The notes under the pieces were generated by a model. The model did not search any database. It was not told the DNA's origin and saw nothing but the letters and a program-made list of their open reading frames with translations. Both the position numbers and the translations under genes were made by a program. A DNA stretch of 63,972 nucleotides, counting the filler, from Gonapodya sp. JEL0774 (lineage: Eukaryota): assembly GCA_027604505.1 (NCBI GenBank). It is 4 parts of 4 records of this genome, joined end to end, with 100 filler letters (N's around TTAATTAATTAA, not from the genome) between each part and the next. Parts side by side here need not be neighbours in the genome. Positions count along the whole stretch, not along the records: positions 1 to 17,066 come from JADIIX010000273.1; positions 17,167 to 33,690 come from JADIIX010000275.1; 2 more parts are not named here. One strand, written 5' to 3'. Positions 14,001 to 26,924 of this stretch are shown piece after piece. Within the stretch, counting starts at the first letter, position 1; each line of letters starts with the position of its first letter.

Positions 14001-15634
14001 CCCTCCGATCACGAGAAATACTACCACAAAGGCAAGCACCATCGACACAATTATGAAGGTTTGGCCAAAATGTGATGGCTCAGGAGCGATGTATCCAGGT
14101 AGCTGACTTTGGTGCAAGCAAGACCCCGAAACGCATGATAAGGTTATATACGGATCCCCAAAAAAGTCCGCAATCAGGTCATTCATAGCGGGTTCTATCA
14201 AAGACACAATAACTTATCAAGCAGACGTCGGAAAACGCATCAAGAAAAACTCTCACCTTCAAAAGAGCACTGACGTCCCGATCCTCCACCTCGTTCCACA
14301 CACTTAAACTTCCCTGGGCCTTTCACTTCTTCGGCCAGAAAATCAGTTATATCTGGTAAGGCAAGAACAATTTGGGTCAAAAGAACCATCCATTGAAACC
14401 TCGTCAGGGCAGTGTTCACCTATGGAGCCCGCCTCCCCGCAAAGCAGCCTCCCAGGTAAACACTCGCAATTTACTTGAGCGCAATCGTACTGAGTGTAGT
14501 TTTGATTGTACGTGTCATCTGAAACCAAACCGCCACTTTGGTTTGTCAGAAGGCGAGCACAAAGACATGGAAACAGATCGATTTCTCTTGCCTCACCGTG
14601 CGTAGTGTCGCAATTCAACAGTCGACAATAGAAGCTTTCCCTTTCCCCCGCCCAAAATTGGAAACTTCCTTCGCGAGCCGTCGCATTGAAAGAAACCGTG
14701 ACCTGAGGTGGCTGCTCAGGCGGCAGCTGCTTCTGGATTGGTGCGTCTAAGCTCATGAACGAGAAAATCAAAACCTCCGACGAGCAAATTGCAGTTCGCG
14801 AACCAATGAGAAACTCTGTTGATGAACTTACTGGTAACATCGCACATCATGTATTGCTCCTTGATGGCTCTAGTTCCACTGTAACAGACTGCACCTTCTC
14901 CACCAGGAACGAGGGCCGAGCAAACACTATCTTCCTGACACACTAAACCACAGATACTCAGTTTTCTTTGGCTAAACAGACGAAGTTGTGGTGGGAACAG
15001 ACCGTTGCAGTTTATACCTTCCCATCCTGGGGAGCACACGCAAGATCGACTTTCTGGTGGTCTGGGCACTCTACGGTCGCCATTCGCAAGTGAGTCACAC
15101 ACTTGATTCACATGTGTTTAGTGGAGGGAGGGTTTATGAATGCCAGAGGTTCTCGCCATACAGCAGTAGTCCCGTCGCACCGATCGGATGAACTTGCACT
15201 CACCTGGCTGCGTGCAGTCATTTCCTCCAAATCCAGGTGGACATAAGCAGTTCCCATCGTATGGTGAGCACTCCGCATAATGGCTGCAGCTGAATGCGGG
15301 AAGATGACAGTTGAAGCACGGCGGACACGCCGGACAGTCAGACACGTGCATCAGATTGAGTAAATGAGAAGAACCATTGGGCGGCGATGAGTGCTTGTAC
15401 ATCTGTAGTGGAGAAACGGGGGACGATTTATCGAACATCGAAAGCGCTCACTGATCTGTCGGGTGACTGAACCATTTTAACCGGCGCTGCAGCAGGAGGG
15501 GCGGATTTTCAGATATATATTCACTATTGTAGACTATCAAAGAAAAACAAAGAGTATTTCAGTGATGTCGATGAGATTAGATGTACTTGACAATGCCGGT
15601 AATCCTGAAAGATGTTTCGCAGCGTGCTCAACAT
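11077..15634 (-). CDS. ADP1: ADP1-type ABCG half transporter with N-terminal Cys-rich/EGF-like domain, multi-exon (5' end uncertain)
   Basis: EGF-like CPPCFNC...[12 protein letters not shown]; Walker [10 protein letters not shown]; signature [15 protein letters not shown]; Walker [11 protein letters not shown]-loop TIHQPRS; ABC2 membrane domain ([25 protein letters not shown]); ends QFRVKERR*. Confidence 0.93.
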
Positions 15635-17066
15635 CGCCCAACCACACTAACTGGGTAACGGTATCACAATTCCACCGTCGACACGATTAGACAAAAAGGA
15701 GAAAGTGCCACCACAGGCAAACAACGAAGAACCTATTAGAACTTGCTCTGAAAGGTAAAAGGCACAGCATCTGACACTGTTTCATTCTCTTTGAGGATTC
15801 CACGGTTATGGTGCTTTTCTTTTTTCTTTCGTTTCACTTTTGCAAATTTAGGCGGGGCCAATGCCCCAAGACAGATGTGCTTTGAGAGATAATAACAAAC
15901 GAATCCGATACGAACTCGGTCAAGAGGTAACCAATGTCCCACTCAATTTGCAGTAGCTGATGCTCTCTATAGCTCCACAGTAATTGCAAAACGTTTGCCG
16001 TAGCAGCACGTGACAAAAGAGCTGAAAGAACCTGAACTAGTCCTCACGCAGAAAGAACAAATATCCTTTGACGCATCTCATCTAACAAATGATTATAGAC
16101 TTCATTCGAACACAATCGCCCACGCTCGATTGTGATGGTGGGGGAAAGTCTGTACAACAATTGTTAATCGAGTCCCCGTGCTTCCGATGCTTAATCGATT
16201 CGAATCCCTTCGTTTTCAGTGTTGCATCCGACATGGACATCGTCACGAAGAGTACCTACTGTTGATGAAGAAGACCCATGGCCCTCCCGACCTGTGAGAT
16301 TGATTCGGCGTTTCATTGGATGTCTTTGCAGTTTTCTAGGCGACAGGTCCAAAACAGATTTGCTATTAAAACAATTTATCAAATGGAGCCTGATACACGA
16401 CCTTCGTGATTCTGGAGTGAAACTGAGACTGTCATGACCTGTTGCAAAGGGGCGCATAACAGAAGTCTGGGGCACCCGTATGGGGTGGTCCCTGCTTCGG
16501 ATACTTTGCCACACCGGCTGCGCATTCCCGTAATATGATATGCGCCGGAATAGCTGTATTGTTGTGTCAATTAATCTTCTGTTTTGCGTTTAATGCTTGG
16601 AACCGAGGTGGAGTTGGTATAGGTTATCGAGGGAGTGGACTGGTTCGACTCCGACACATCCTTTAGTTGCCGACGCTCATTCAACTTTTGTTCACAATAA
16701 ACCCACGCCACCATTCAATAAATGGGTGGCAAATCAAAGTTACCTACGACGAATCATTGACCAGTTTCTCATCGTCGACTTCGGGACTCCTCAGTGATGT
16801 ACTTTCAAAGCCAAACAGTTATAGTGAGTTGTTCGGTCGACTTGATCCCCTTCTCACATTTACAGAACCGGGAAGTCGCCTTCAGAGTGTCTCCAAGTCT
16901 CTATTGGGTTGTATGCAACTACAGTTGTATCATGGTGAGCAGTGCAGAGTATTGTGTCAACACATAGGCCTCATGGGTTTCTCTAAGACCTGTTTCAAAG
17001 GGTGGCAAGATTGTCCTACCTCTAGAGCTGGGAGATGTTGTTCTTGTGAGGAGACCCGCACCATCC

Positions 17067-17166
17067 NNNNNNNNNNNNNNNNNNNNNNNNNNNNNNNNNN
17101 NNNNNNNNNNTTAATTAATTAANNNNNNNNNNNNNNNNNNNNNNNNNNNNNNNNNNNNNNNNNNNN
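17067..17166. other. Artificial contig linker
   Basis: N44-TTAATTAATTAA-N44, a six-frame stop spacer. Confidence 0.98.
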
Positions 17167-17419
17167 TTACTGGGTCCTGGCAGGTTGGTGTAGCTACTTA
17201 GGCAGTCTGGGATCCCTGGGCAGGTGAGATGACGGAGTGGCTCGCCAACCTGGAGCAAAATCTGATGCTGGAAAGATACTAGTACTAGTAGTTGTGTGCG
17301 TTTAGTGTCTGTGCACCGGGTGCACAGACCTCCTACTGCCCTTGTAATACTTGTACATCTGTATGTCAGCCTGTCAATAAATTTGTGCGAAGGCGACCAT
17401 CGTTTCTCAAGAACAAGGA

Positions 17420-18720
17420 CTTAAGGTCCTAAAACCCTGTGTAATTTGATGCAAAATTACCTCAAATTGATGCTCAAAGTTACAGAGGGGAGCTCAAGGC
17501 GCTGGGAGTGGCCAGCAAACCTTTGGGAGGAAAAGCAATAACATTTTCTCCTGAAACAGAATCAATTTGTGAGTGCAGGGACAATTCAAAAGATGCTTAT
17601 GTGATAATGGATATTGCCATATCATTTGATAGTCTACAGTAGCTAGACAATGAGAACGACAACCAAAACCTTGTTTAGAGGCTGGCTAAACAGTTTGATC
17701 CTAAGAATGATCCATGGGGAATTGCTCATTCTGAGCAAAATAAAGACACATTCTGTTGCCTCAAAGACGCATTTTTGAAACAGCTTTGGTCATTGTCTTG
17801 GCCAACCCTCATTTTGTCTGACTGACACTGGTTCTCTTGTGTAATTGAGTGACCAAGAATCCTCATGCTGGGGCTCATGGCCCATTAAGCCACTGTACAC
17901 TTATAACCCATCCAACATGGCCATAGCCAGTAACAGTACCCACATTCTCCCAAAATAACAGCTAAAACATTAGCTGCTGTGGTGCTCATGCTTTACTGTT
18001 GGTATTGCCTTTAGATTACAGAGTATTTGCCATGTTACCAGATGTAATTGCACTTCACATGGAGCAATTCTCACAGCAGTGCACTTCAACCTGCAACTCA
18101 GAGGCATACATGATTCATACAAGCACATCAAACAATTCCTGAAGATTGTGGTGAAAATGACGTGCAAGTAAGCTCATTGGCTCGCTTCCCATGACACTGG
18201 AAACTGTAGCATTTGTGCTTTTCCATCAACCAACATCCCAGAACTGTTTTGAAAGTTTAGCCCTAGCACAAGTGGCTGTGGTAGGTTTCCCATAACATGC
18301 AACCACTGTATAATAGGTGGGCCACCCTTGATCGATATCAGAGCACCAAAAGTGCACCCATAAACATAGCAAACATCACCGCAACTACCAGTGTCATGCA
18401 GATCTTGCATGCATTACTGATCTTCTGATAATCATACTTCCCCATAATAGACTTTTGGTGAACATCCACATTGAGGGCCAAAAAGTTACACCCCAAATCC
18501 AGTAGTGCTTCTGGAATATCCACAGCAAAGATTTTGGCTTAAACAAGTGCCCAACAATGCGTAACTGCCGCAGGGTCACTTTCATTTGACATTGGGGGTG
18601 TTCTACCATATGGGGAAAAAATGGTGGAAAATTCCGTGTAGTGTATGTATTTTGTATGTCATGTTTTTGGTGCATGTAGCGTGCATGTTGTGTGTGTATG
18701 CTCTGTATGCTAGGGCCAGC
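17420..18720. mobile_element. Unidentified degenerate, CpG-depleted repeat-like region
   Basis: Almost no CpG, TG/CA-rich, only broken ORFs, and the same composition as the copia remnants. No family motif recognised with confidence. Confidence 0.3.
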
Positions 18721-20376
18721 TGGGTTGAGGCCTGCCGATTAGAAGACTGATGTCATACGACCATTCGCTCCCACTCCTGCCCCCCCACGCAGTTTTTGTG
18801 GTCAGAGTCCCGGGATTGCGCTAAGCCGAGATAGTGCTCAGCGGTGTATGCGACGTTTCGCGGCAAGCAAATGAATTCTGTCGTCGTGAGCTTCGGTGAT
18901 GGATGTCTCGCGAAACCAAACCATGAGCACTGCCTCTTATATACCTGTTATTTGTAGCAACATGCAAGGCTTGCCCACCAGTTCCCCGTACGGTGATGGG
19001 ACCTGTTGCTGATCAGGACACTTCCGTCCTCGGGATGATGTCTCCCTGTCGTTAAGGGTTCGTCAGCACGCATCAATTGCAGGCGATGATTTAGTTGCCT
19101 GAGTTGTCTGTTTCGAAAGCCTCTGTGAAAACCCTTACTCACTGAAGACGGTATCCATCATGTCCATTCATGTCATCCACAGTCATCAAACATCCTTGAA
19201 CTCTGCTCCATCAGTCTGCGCTCTCCTCTCATATCATGCGAGACAGGCGATAGTGCGAGTGACGGCCCATACGAATTGTGCGCGTTCCTGAATAAATTTG
19301 GTGCGAGAACTGTTGGTTGAATGTGGAATCGAACAACTCATATCACGGTTACACGATGTACTAATAGCCTCCAGTGTTTTTGGCTAGCGAGGACCTGAAC
19401 GCGACCAGCGAGCAATAATCTTGCCGCATTTTGAAGGCTGTCAAGTATAATTAGACACAAGAGCTTGGTTTGGGCTTTTGACGGGGATTTGACTCAACCG
19501 TCATTTCGGTACATAGAGGTTCATTCCATCGGTGGTCGTGTTCAGTACAGGAAATGAATAAGCATAGGCTCATAGGAAGGTCATTTTCTCCGAGGAAGGC
19601 ACTGCTTACAGGCCCCGCTCTTAGAGGCCTACGTTTTGCGAGCTGAGGGATTGTGAAACTGTCATATCGCGAAATTGAAATGGAGATACTTCTCGCAAGC
19701 CACTAGTCCCTGAGGTAAACGAATTCAATTGCACCTCTCATGACTGGTGGTAATTTTGAGCATGTGAAGGGGCAGTCCAGGAATTGAACCAGCAAAGGCC
19801 CGTTGATTCCACAGTATTCAGTGACGACCTCGATCCATTTTTCATTGTCTTTGATGTTTTTGACTTGATTTGGAGGGAGGATAAGTTCGAAGTGGGCGGG
19901 GGATCACCGCAAGACAGAACACGAATAGAGAGCCCGAGGTGAGCGTAGTCACGACTGCACCAAAATTTTTCCAAGGGACTGCGAGCGCAGCGATGGGCTG
20001 TACGGAGCGACACATCATCCGAGATATGACATTGAACAAGAGGCAGCCTACGTAGACTCACCTTCACCCGGCCGAATGGTACGATTTTCCACCGGTTTTC
20101 CATCGTTCATTGATGTTTGAAACCCGCGGAAGGGCTGTTCGCCGCGATGTTTGTCCCGTTGGCCCAGTTCATGTCGGCGAGATCGGAAGAGGGAGGTCCA
20201 ACATCACCGCGCATTACAGGCCGATGGAGACGGTGAAGCTCGACGGGCAGAGTGAAAAATTTAGCGACTATCGACGAATGATAGTTTTTGCTGTCCAATT
20301 TCGGCATATTTTTGGTGGTGGGCAGAATCACGGCCACCACGCAATTGGTGGGGAGCAATTGAACAGCAGCTCAACA

Positions 20377-21320
20377 TGATGACATACTTTCCGCAAAGAG
20401 TTAGTCAAAACTCTGTTTCTTCACTTTTCTGCATTCTCTGCCCAGTTCTCTCTGCTCGTTCGTCGATTATCTCCTCGCTGCACTGTGCTTCCACTCTCGT
20501 ACCGATTCGATGTGAGCATGAAGTAAGAATCGCAGATGATGCCGATTGAATGGAGTCCTGATATCGTTGTCTTGCTACCCTCAGGGCAGCAACGACAGTC
20601 ATCGACTTTGAACTCGGTTGTATTCAACCAACCTGGAGGATCACCTCGTCGACTTCCCCACTCCATTGGCGGTAGAGGAGGTTCGAATTCTGTTTAGATT
20701 GCAATTGCTCTGGAATTCATTAAGATTGGCGCTTACTGACGGTCCGTCTGTTTCCTAATCACTCTGCTACACCAGACAACAGCAGCAGAGGCCGACGGGA
20801 TTTTCTGGAGGGCGAGGTGCGTATCCTGCAGTAGTCAAATTTTTATCTGTTGCTTCATATCTGTTTACTCGTATTCTCAGCTCTATGCCCCACCCATGTT
20901 GAATGAAAGAAACGATGTCCGTTACAAGAAGGTCCTGGAGCGAGAGAGAGCTCGGAGACCCGACTATCTTGAAATTCTCAACATCGATCCTCTGAAAGAA
21001 TACAAGGTCAGTTTTGGGATTTCGCCGACAGCTAGCACTTGTCCTGTTGCCCGTGGTAATAAAGTCTGAACTGTCTCCCAGAACGTGCACCTGCTGGCCG
21101 AGTTCATGACGGAAATGGGATATATCAAGCCTCGAAGTCAAACAGGTGAGTTGCATATCTTGATTGCAAGATTGCCAAACATTCCAAATGCTCTCCACAA
21201 CTGTCAACAATGCTTTTAGGACTTTCCATACTCAACCAGCGGAAAATTTCACGAGCAATTAGGAGGGCACAAAATATGGGATTACTTCCAATTGGTCACA
21301 AACTTGTGGATCTGAAATAA
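20377..21320 (+). CDS. RSM18: Mitochondrial ribosomal protein bS18m, multi-exon
   Basis: The spliced product has an Arg/Ser/Leu-rich presequence, then ...IDPLKEYK|NVHLLAEFMTEMGYIKPRSQTG|LSILNQRKISRAIRRAQNMGLLP, the S18 signature. Confidence 0.9.
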
Positions 21321-21339
21321 ATTCTACACAAAAGTCAGG

Positions 21340-21859
21340 TCATCCCTGCTCACCCAAATCTGGTATACCCCTTGGATGCGGTACTTTGGTAAAATGGGGG
21401 ACCAAATGCAGACCCTTAATGTTCGTTCTACTACGCCGTGAGAACACGAAGTACTTTTCTCGCGCAAGGAGTTCGTGCTCCTTCGGTAGTCTCTGAGCTT
21501 CATTCTTTTTGAGAGCCACATGCGCAACGGAGACAATCCACGCGGGCATATGATGTAAGAACTGTTACTTCATTTCACAGCCAAGATAGGTGACTTAGCA
21601 CTCACTAATGCCCGCAAGCTGACCCCTGACTGTGACAGTGCAGAAATAACTTCGTCCACATCTTTTAGTCGCTTCCGAACGTTCCGTTTGCGAGTTTGGT
21701 TCATCTTCCACGGCCGTGACTCCTTCCTTGACGGGCATGTGTGAGGCGGGAGTAAGAAAGCATATTGTACGCTTGGTGTGAGGTTCAGAAGTTCACAACA
21801 GTTTCATACCAAAAAATGCCTCCAAGAAGAGCAAACGACGATCGGAAAGCACCGAGCAT
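21340..21859 (-). CDS. MRPL31: Mitochondrial ribosomal protein mL60 (MRPL31-like), multi-exon
   Basis: MLGAFRSSFALLGGIFW...PWKMNQTRKRNVRKRLKDVDEVI...LPKEHELLAREKYFVFSRRSRTNIKGLHLVPHFTK matches the fungal MrpL31 pattern. Confidence 0.85.
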
Positions 21860-22074
21860 TGGTAAGCACCGAGCGATGAACCGGGTGCGATGTTTCGGAA
21901 TGGGTTGATTTCTATCGATAACGGAATGCGAGTATGTGGTGTGGTGCTTAGCTTCGATCAACGCGCAACGTGCACGACATTCATCGCGGATGGCTCATAA
22001 GATAACAACGAAAAGGAGATACAATTGATGATGCGTCGCTCTATAACTTTCTGAAATCAATCGCCAGGATGACA

Positions 22075-25000
22075 TTATACATCTCTATTTACAGCTTCGA
22101 GGAACAAGAGGGGTCGGGCAAGCTCAGCCTCAAACGAGGAGGAAATCTAACAAGAGCGGGAAGATTCAATCCAGAACGGACGCAAGCGATGCGTCACAAT
22201 GGAGCTTACATTACTCAAATTCTGTTGTAGTGCATGGACATTTCGAGTAAGCTTCATCAGTCCATTCTTGTTGAGTTTTCGGATATATCGAAAGTCCGAG
22301 ATCAACACCTGGGAAATGTAACAATTTGCTTAGTACGAAAACCTGAATAAATGCAACATTTCGCGAACATTTGTCATAAGTTTCGCGAGACCGTCAAAAA
22401 TGAATCTAACCGCGATACTGGTCAGCATCTGCATAGGCGTCTCAACATTAAAACTTCTTGTTGGCGATCTCGTCTCACCGAACACGTCTCGCAGGAAGTG
22501 CAGCTGCAATTATCTCTTCCCCCCTCACAAGATCTGAATTTAGTGCTGAGACATAGGGATCAGGATCTTGTGCCTCTTCTTCTAGAAAGTAGTTGCCCTG
22601 GATCTCGAGATAATTAACACCGAAAACCGGGATTAAATAATCTGAACGGTTCACCTCGCGCAGAGCCAAATCCAGATAGTACATGGAATGACATCGAAAC
22701 TCAATCCTGAGGGCGAACAGGCACGTTCGTGCGAGTTGTTGGTACTGATTGAGAAGGGAGTCAAATCTCCTGCACAAATGTAGCACATATTAGAGATGAC
22801 CGCAGAGATGGAGCATCCTCTCAAACAAACTTTGATGTTTCGTCTTCCAAAGGTAAGACAATGTCGGTAGCGTCGTAAAACGAGGCCGGAAGAACCAGGC
22901 TCTCTTGTGACCACCATCGAGATAGCACATATCCCTACCGACGGGTGAGTTTAAAGACTCGTAGTAGAGCCCCAAACGTAGGTAACCCACAGCTCCCTCA
23001 GCCCCGTCGATGTTCGAGAGAGATTCACTGCTAGGACCTCGAACGGGTTTTTGAGTTTCCTCAAGATCGTCGTTATTATTCCGAAGCTTGTAAATCTGTC
23101 GAACGAACCATTCCTGTAGATCGTTCAAAGTCACAACAGCAAATGCATGGTGGAAAGTGACTGTTCTCTCCCACCATACTGAAGTGCAAGTTCGCAACTG
23201 CCCAGAGCCTTTTGTGATCAAAAATTAGCTCACTTCGGTGAATACTTCGTTCTTTCTTGAGTTTCATCTCCAAATTGAGTTCTTGTTCAGACAAAGTTTC
23301 GTTCAAGGAGGTGTCGTCGTCCTATGAGAACTGAATGGTTTGAAATGTAAATCGAGCAAGGTCATTAACGCCGCAAGACCCACATCTTGGTTGAGAAAAT
23401 TGGTGTTCCTCGAAAGTATCTCCACTAATCCTTGGTCTTCGGCCCACACCGCACTAAGTATTGGCATCTGATCAAATTGTTCGCCGGACGTTGATTCGGT
23501 TGAAAGGAGAGCTTGAGCGTCAAGAATTATATCATTAGGCGTGAATTGGTGTAGGAAAATGCTGAGCTAGATACCTCGAAATTTGGCGCTTCGAAACAAA
23601 AAATTCGAGTTTCATACACGCTAAATATAGCTGCTGGAACTAAAACACACTGGCACTTATCGTGATATCGTTTCAAGATCATCTCAATCATGTTCACGAA
23701 CTCTTCTCGGTGTGCAGGAATGCGGTGCAACGTTCTGCAGAGTCCTTGAACAAGAACTATAAGAGCGATGGCGCTCTAACATATGAAGAAAAGGGCATCT
23801 ATCAGCAAGAACTAACATTGAGCCTCCGATGTATTACCTTGATCAATGGGAAGGAGCTGAGCTCCGTATTAAGCTCCACACCAAATGCATCTTCATCTTT
23901 ATCAAAGGGGCTATGAGCCTGTAGATTTTAAAGGTTGACGTCGAATACGAACCATTGATGAATTCTTGAAAGAATTGGAGGATGGTATCCTCTTGTTTGG
24001 GCAAGAATACATTGAGAATGAAGTCGTCGAGGAACATACGGAAATCGGAACCCTCTTGCGACCTGTGAAAACAGTTGATTAGGAACGAGTTACATTTACC
24101 CGGTGCGGACTGATTCACACACTTTACTAGGACAAGTCCACCAATGCGCTCCATGAATTGAATGGTGGGACGAAATGCCACTAAAACCCTCCGCCCGTCC
24201 GGTCTAATCAATAACTGGTGTCCTGAGGGCTCTTTACGACTCGCAAATTTGTCCGCAACAGCAAGTGTGTTTCGAGATTTGGACATCTCGACTGTGTCCT
24301 CTTTCAGTGCAGAGAATTTGGCGGTGGCATCTTGGTATGCAGCAGCAACAGATACGTCTGATGGAGACTCGAGAATTCTGAAAATTGGATGCTGCGAACC
24401 ATATTTGGATGAGATTGTAAGTCAAAAGCCTGGACAACAAGTTAAATCCCCACTTTAATCGCCCGATCCTTGAGAGAACGAGTATCTCTGACGACGTCGT
24501 TGACACTGAACAATCCTCCACCACGAAAGTTTTTCCCTTCCTGCTGGCTGGTGAAGTAATCATAAAGGAGGGACTTGACCTGGATCGAATCCGCGTAGTT
24601 AGTGAGAGCGGCTGAACGTGCGGTTGCCTGTGGACTACCTCATTCTGAATGGCAGTCCAGACTTCGTGAATATCATAAGAAGTTCCCGACCCCGGTTCTA
24701 GGAATATGGCGGTCAACCAAGCAACCAGAAATGAGGGGTCTGCAAGCAATGGACCCACTGCTGCTACTCTGTGCGGCATCTCGAATGACTTCGATGAGAA
24801 ATAGGTGACCATGAACAATGATCTCCAACCGCTGGTACAATGACGACAAAAGGTCTTTCAAAGCCTCGGCCTCCGCTGTCTCGGAATCCAATCCGATCAC
24901 ATCGGGGATGTCAAGAAGGAAGGAATTGCTTCCTCGAGGCTTGCTGTCGGCGCTGACATCGTGCCTAAGCTCCAACAACAAATCAGACACGCTCAACATC

Positions 25001-26690
25001 TCTAAGGAGCAACCATACAAACCGGCCCCGCACTTCGTTTGTAGTCCGCTCCACCAGATCATACAGCTCTAAAGGAAGGCGTTGACGAATCACCTTTTTC
25101 GAAATCGGCCTATTAAGGTTCGGAATCTTCAGAGAGATTTATATCACAGAATCCATACATCTATCGTTTCCGGAATTTTGCCCAAGAGACGGAGACATTC
25201 AACCAGAACCTCCATGTAGTGATATGAGTCGAGCTCGGGGTTCACGTCAAGGTCTTCGAATATCTTCCGTGCGAATATAGTGTGAGGGCGCTGCATAGTG
25301 CTGACACCGAAAGCACTCAAACCTCATGTCGTTCTTCAGAATCCGCTAACAAGTCAAAATTCACGAAATTAAGTGCACACAGCCCCACAACAGCTCATTT
25401 GGGAACAGGAATACACACATGTCTTTGAACTGCGCGTTACCAATGATGTCACAGGTTGCCGGCGAAGGCGGCTTTCCCTTACAATGGTGGCCAATGCGTC
25501 AATCAAGGCATCAAAATTGTTGAGCCCTTTCACTAACGCACTTGCTACCTCGAGACTGGGTGACACCACCGCCAACTCCGAGACCCTCAAAAGTGTTCGG
25601 TAAACGATCCGCACTGAAAGGACTCTTAAGATACACGTGCCTTTGTAGGAAGTGTGTTGGAGACGATGATCATGGAGTTAGAAGCGAGACGTACCTATTT
25701 AGCTCCTCAATTAAGGTTTCATGTAGAGTCTTCAGTACAGGGGTCAACATTGGGATTGCTGTAAATCAGCAATGTAGGAGAACCATACCCACGTTCCTCA
25801 AAGTTTGGAACTGTTGTCGTAGATCCACCAAGGCGCCGATGCCTGTATAGTGCTGATGTTCCATGGTCCTAATTGAGCTGAGTAGCAATTTTGTGGCATT
25901 CAGGAAGAACTTTCCACTTATAAGGTTCTCTAAGCGATCTGGAGTCTTCCGCAAATCATCACTAGAAACAGAGTCATCTCTCTTCCATGTTCAGGAAGTG
26001 TCTCTACACAAACTCACATCACATCAATGATCTGAAGCATATCCTTGTACTGTACTTCCCGTGTCCACAGATCAAGCAAGTCATTTCTCTTGCATTGAAG
26101 AAGATGTCGGCATTGTTCCATGTGAACTTTCATGTCATCAATCCTCTTCTGGGATTCTGCGTGACAAGAAATGAAGTGCACCACCAATCATTATTCGTCA
26201 GTTTCAAGAGCACGACACTCACCCACTACATTGTCCACTACTCCACTGAACGTGTGAACACTTGTGTTAAATGCCTGAAAGTGCTCTGTGTACCAAAGTG
26301 GGAACCGATGGACGCATTACATTGGTTCAAAATCAACTTACCGTTCACAAGGATGTCCATAGCCTTTTCAAGTCGCTGTAGCATACTATTGAACGAATCA
26401 TAATCCCTGCCCAACGAGCTATTGTCCAACAACGAAAGTGCTGTCAGAACAGAATTGAACTTTCCAGTTTCAACATTTAAGAAGAAATGCTGTCATTGCT
26501 CGGGGACAACACTGTATCAGAGGTGTCATACACTCACATCTTGGTCGGTCATGAAATCCCATTTCTGCGATATCTCGGCATAAATGCGCTCAACGTAGGG
26601 ATCCATGGGTCCGTCCCTCTCAGGAATGTCATAACCATTTCTGGTGTCACCTTTTCGCTCAACTAGAACCCTGCTTGACCTTCCGTACAT
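22075..26690 (-). CDS. SEC8: Exocyst complex component Sec8, multi-exon
   Basis: WDFM..., LLDNSSLGRDYDSF, PDRLENLISGKFFLNATKLL, DLDVNPELDSYHYMEVLVECL, LFALRIEFRCHSMYYL, DPDPYVSALNSDL, LQQNL. The 3' end is approximate. Confidence 0.92.
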
Positions 26691-26924
26691 ACGAAGAAAG
26701 TGTTGGGATGGGAGCGCATGTGACCAAAGCACCACTTCGCTGTGGCCTCCTGGTAGGTAGGGAGGCTGGTTCCAACCACAATAGAGAAACTTTCTACCCC
26801 ATTCACACAAGATCCAGAACACCTAAGAACAAACGGCCAAACATCGCACACTTATACATATCAGGCCAGCAAATCACCCCCATTGAGACGTGTCCGGTAG
26901 TGGCTGTCAACCACCGATATCGTC

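Noticed and set aside
16060..16105. ATATCCTTT U12-type splice donor
   Set aside because: No TCCTTAAC branch site and no supported host gene.
16135..16370. GGGAAAGTCTG...AAACAGATT resembling RNase P RNA CR-I/CR-V
   Set aside because: I could not identify the P1/P2 helices or other conserved regions; the match is short enough to be chance. An Rfam scan would settle it.
16600..16665. tRNA-like GGTTCGACTCC (B-box / T-loop)
   Set aside because: The flanks do not form a T-stem or acceptor stem; no cloverleaf.
17067..17166. Recurring TTAATTAATTAA motif (also at 33735 and 50354)
   Set aside because: A six-frame stop spacer inside N runs; not biological.
19180..20110. Possible minus-strand spliced gene ending in C-L-A-TGA (CxxU selenoprotein motif)
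   Set aside because: No consistent exon chain, no thioredoxin-like context and no convincing SECIS downstream.
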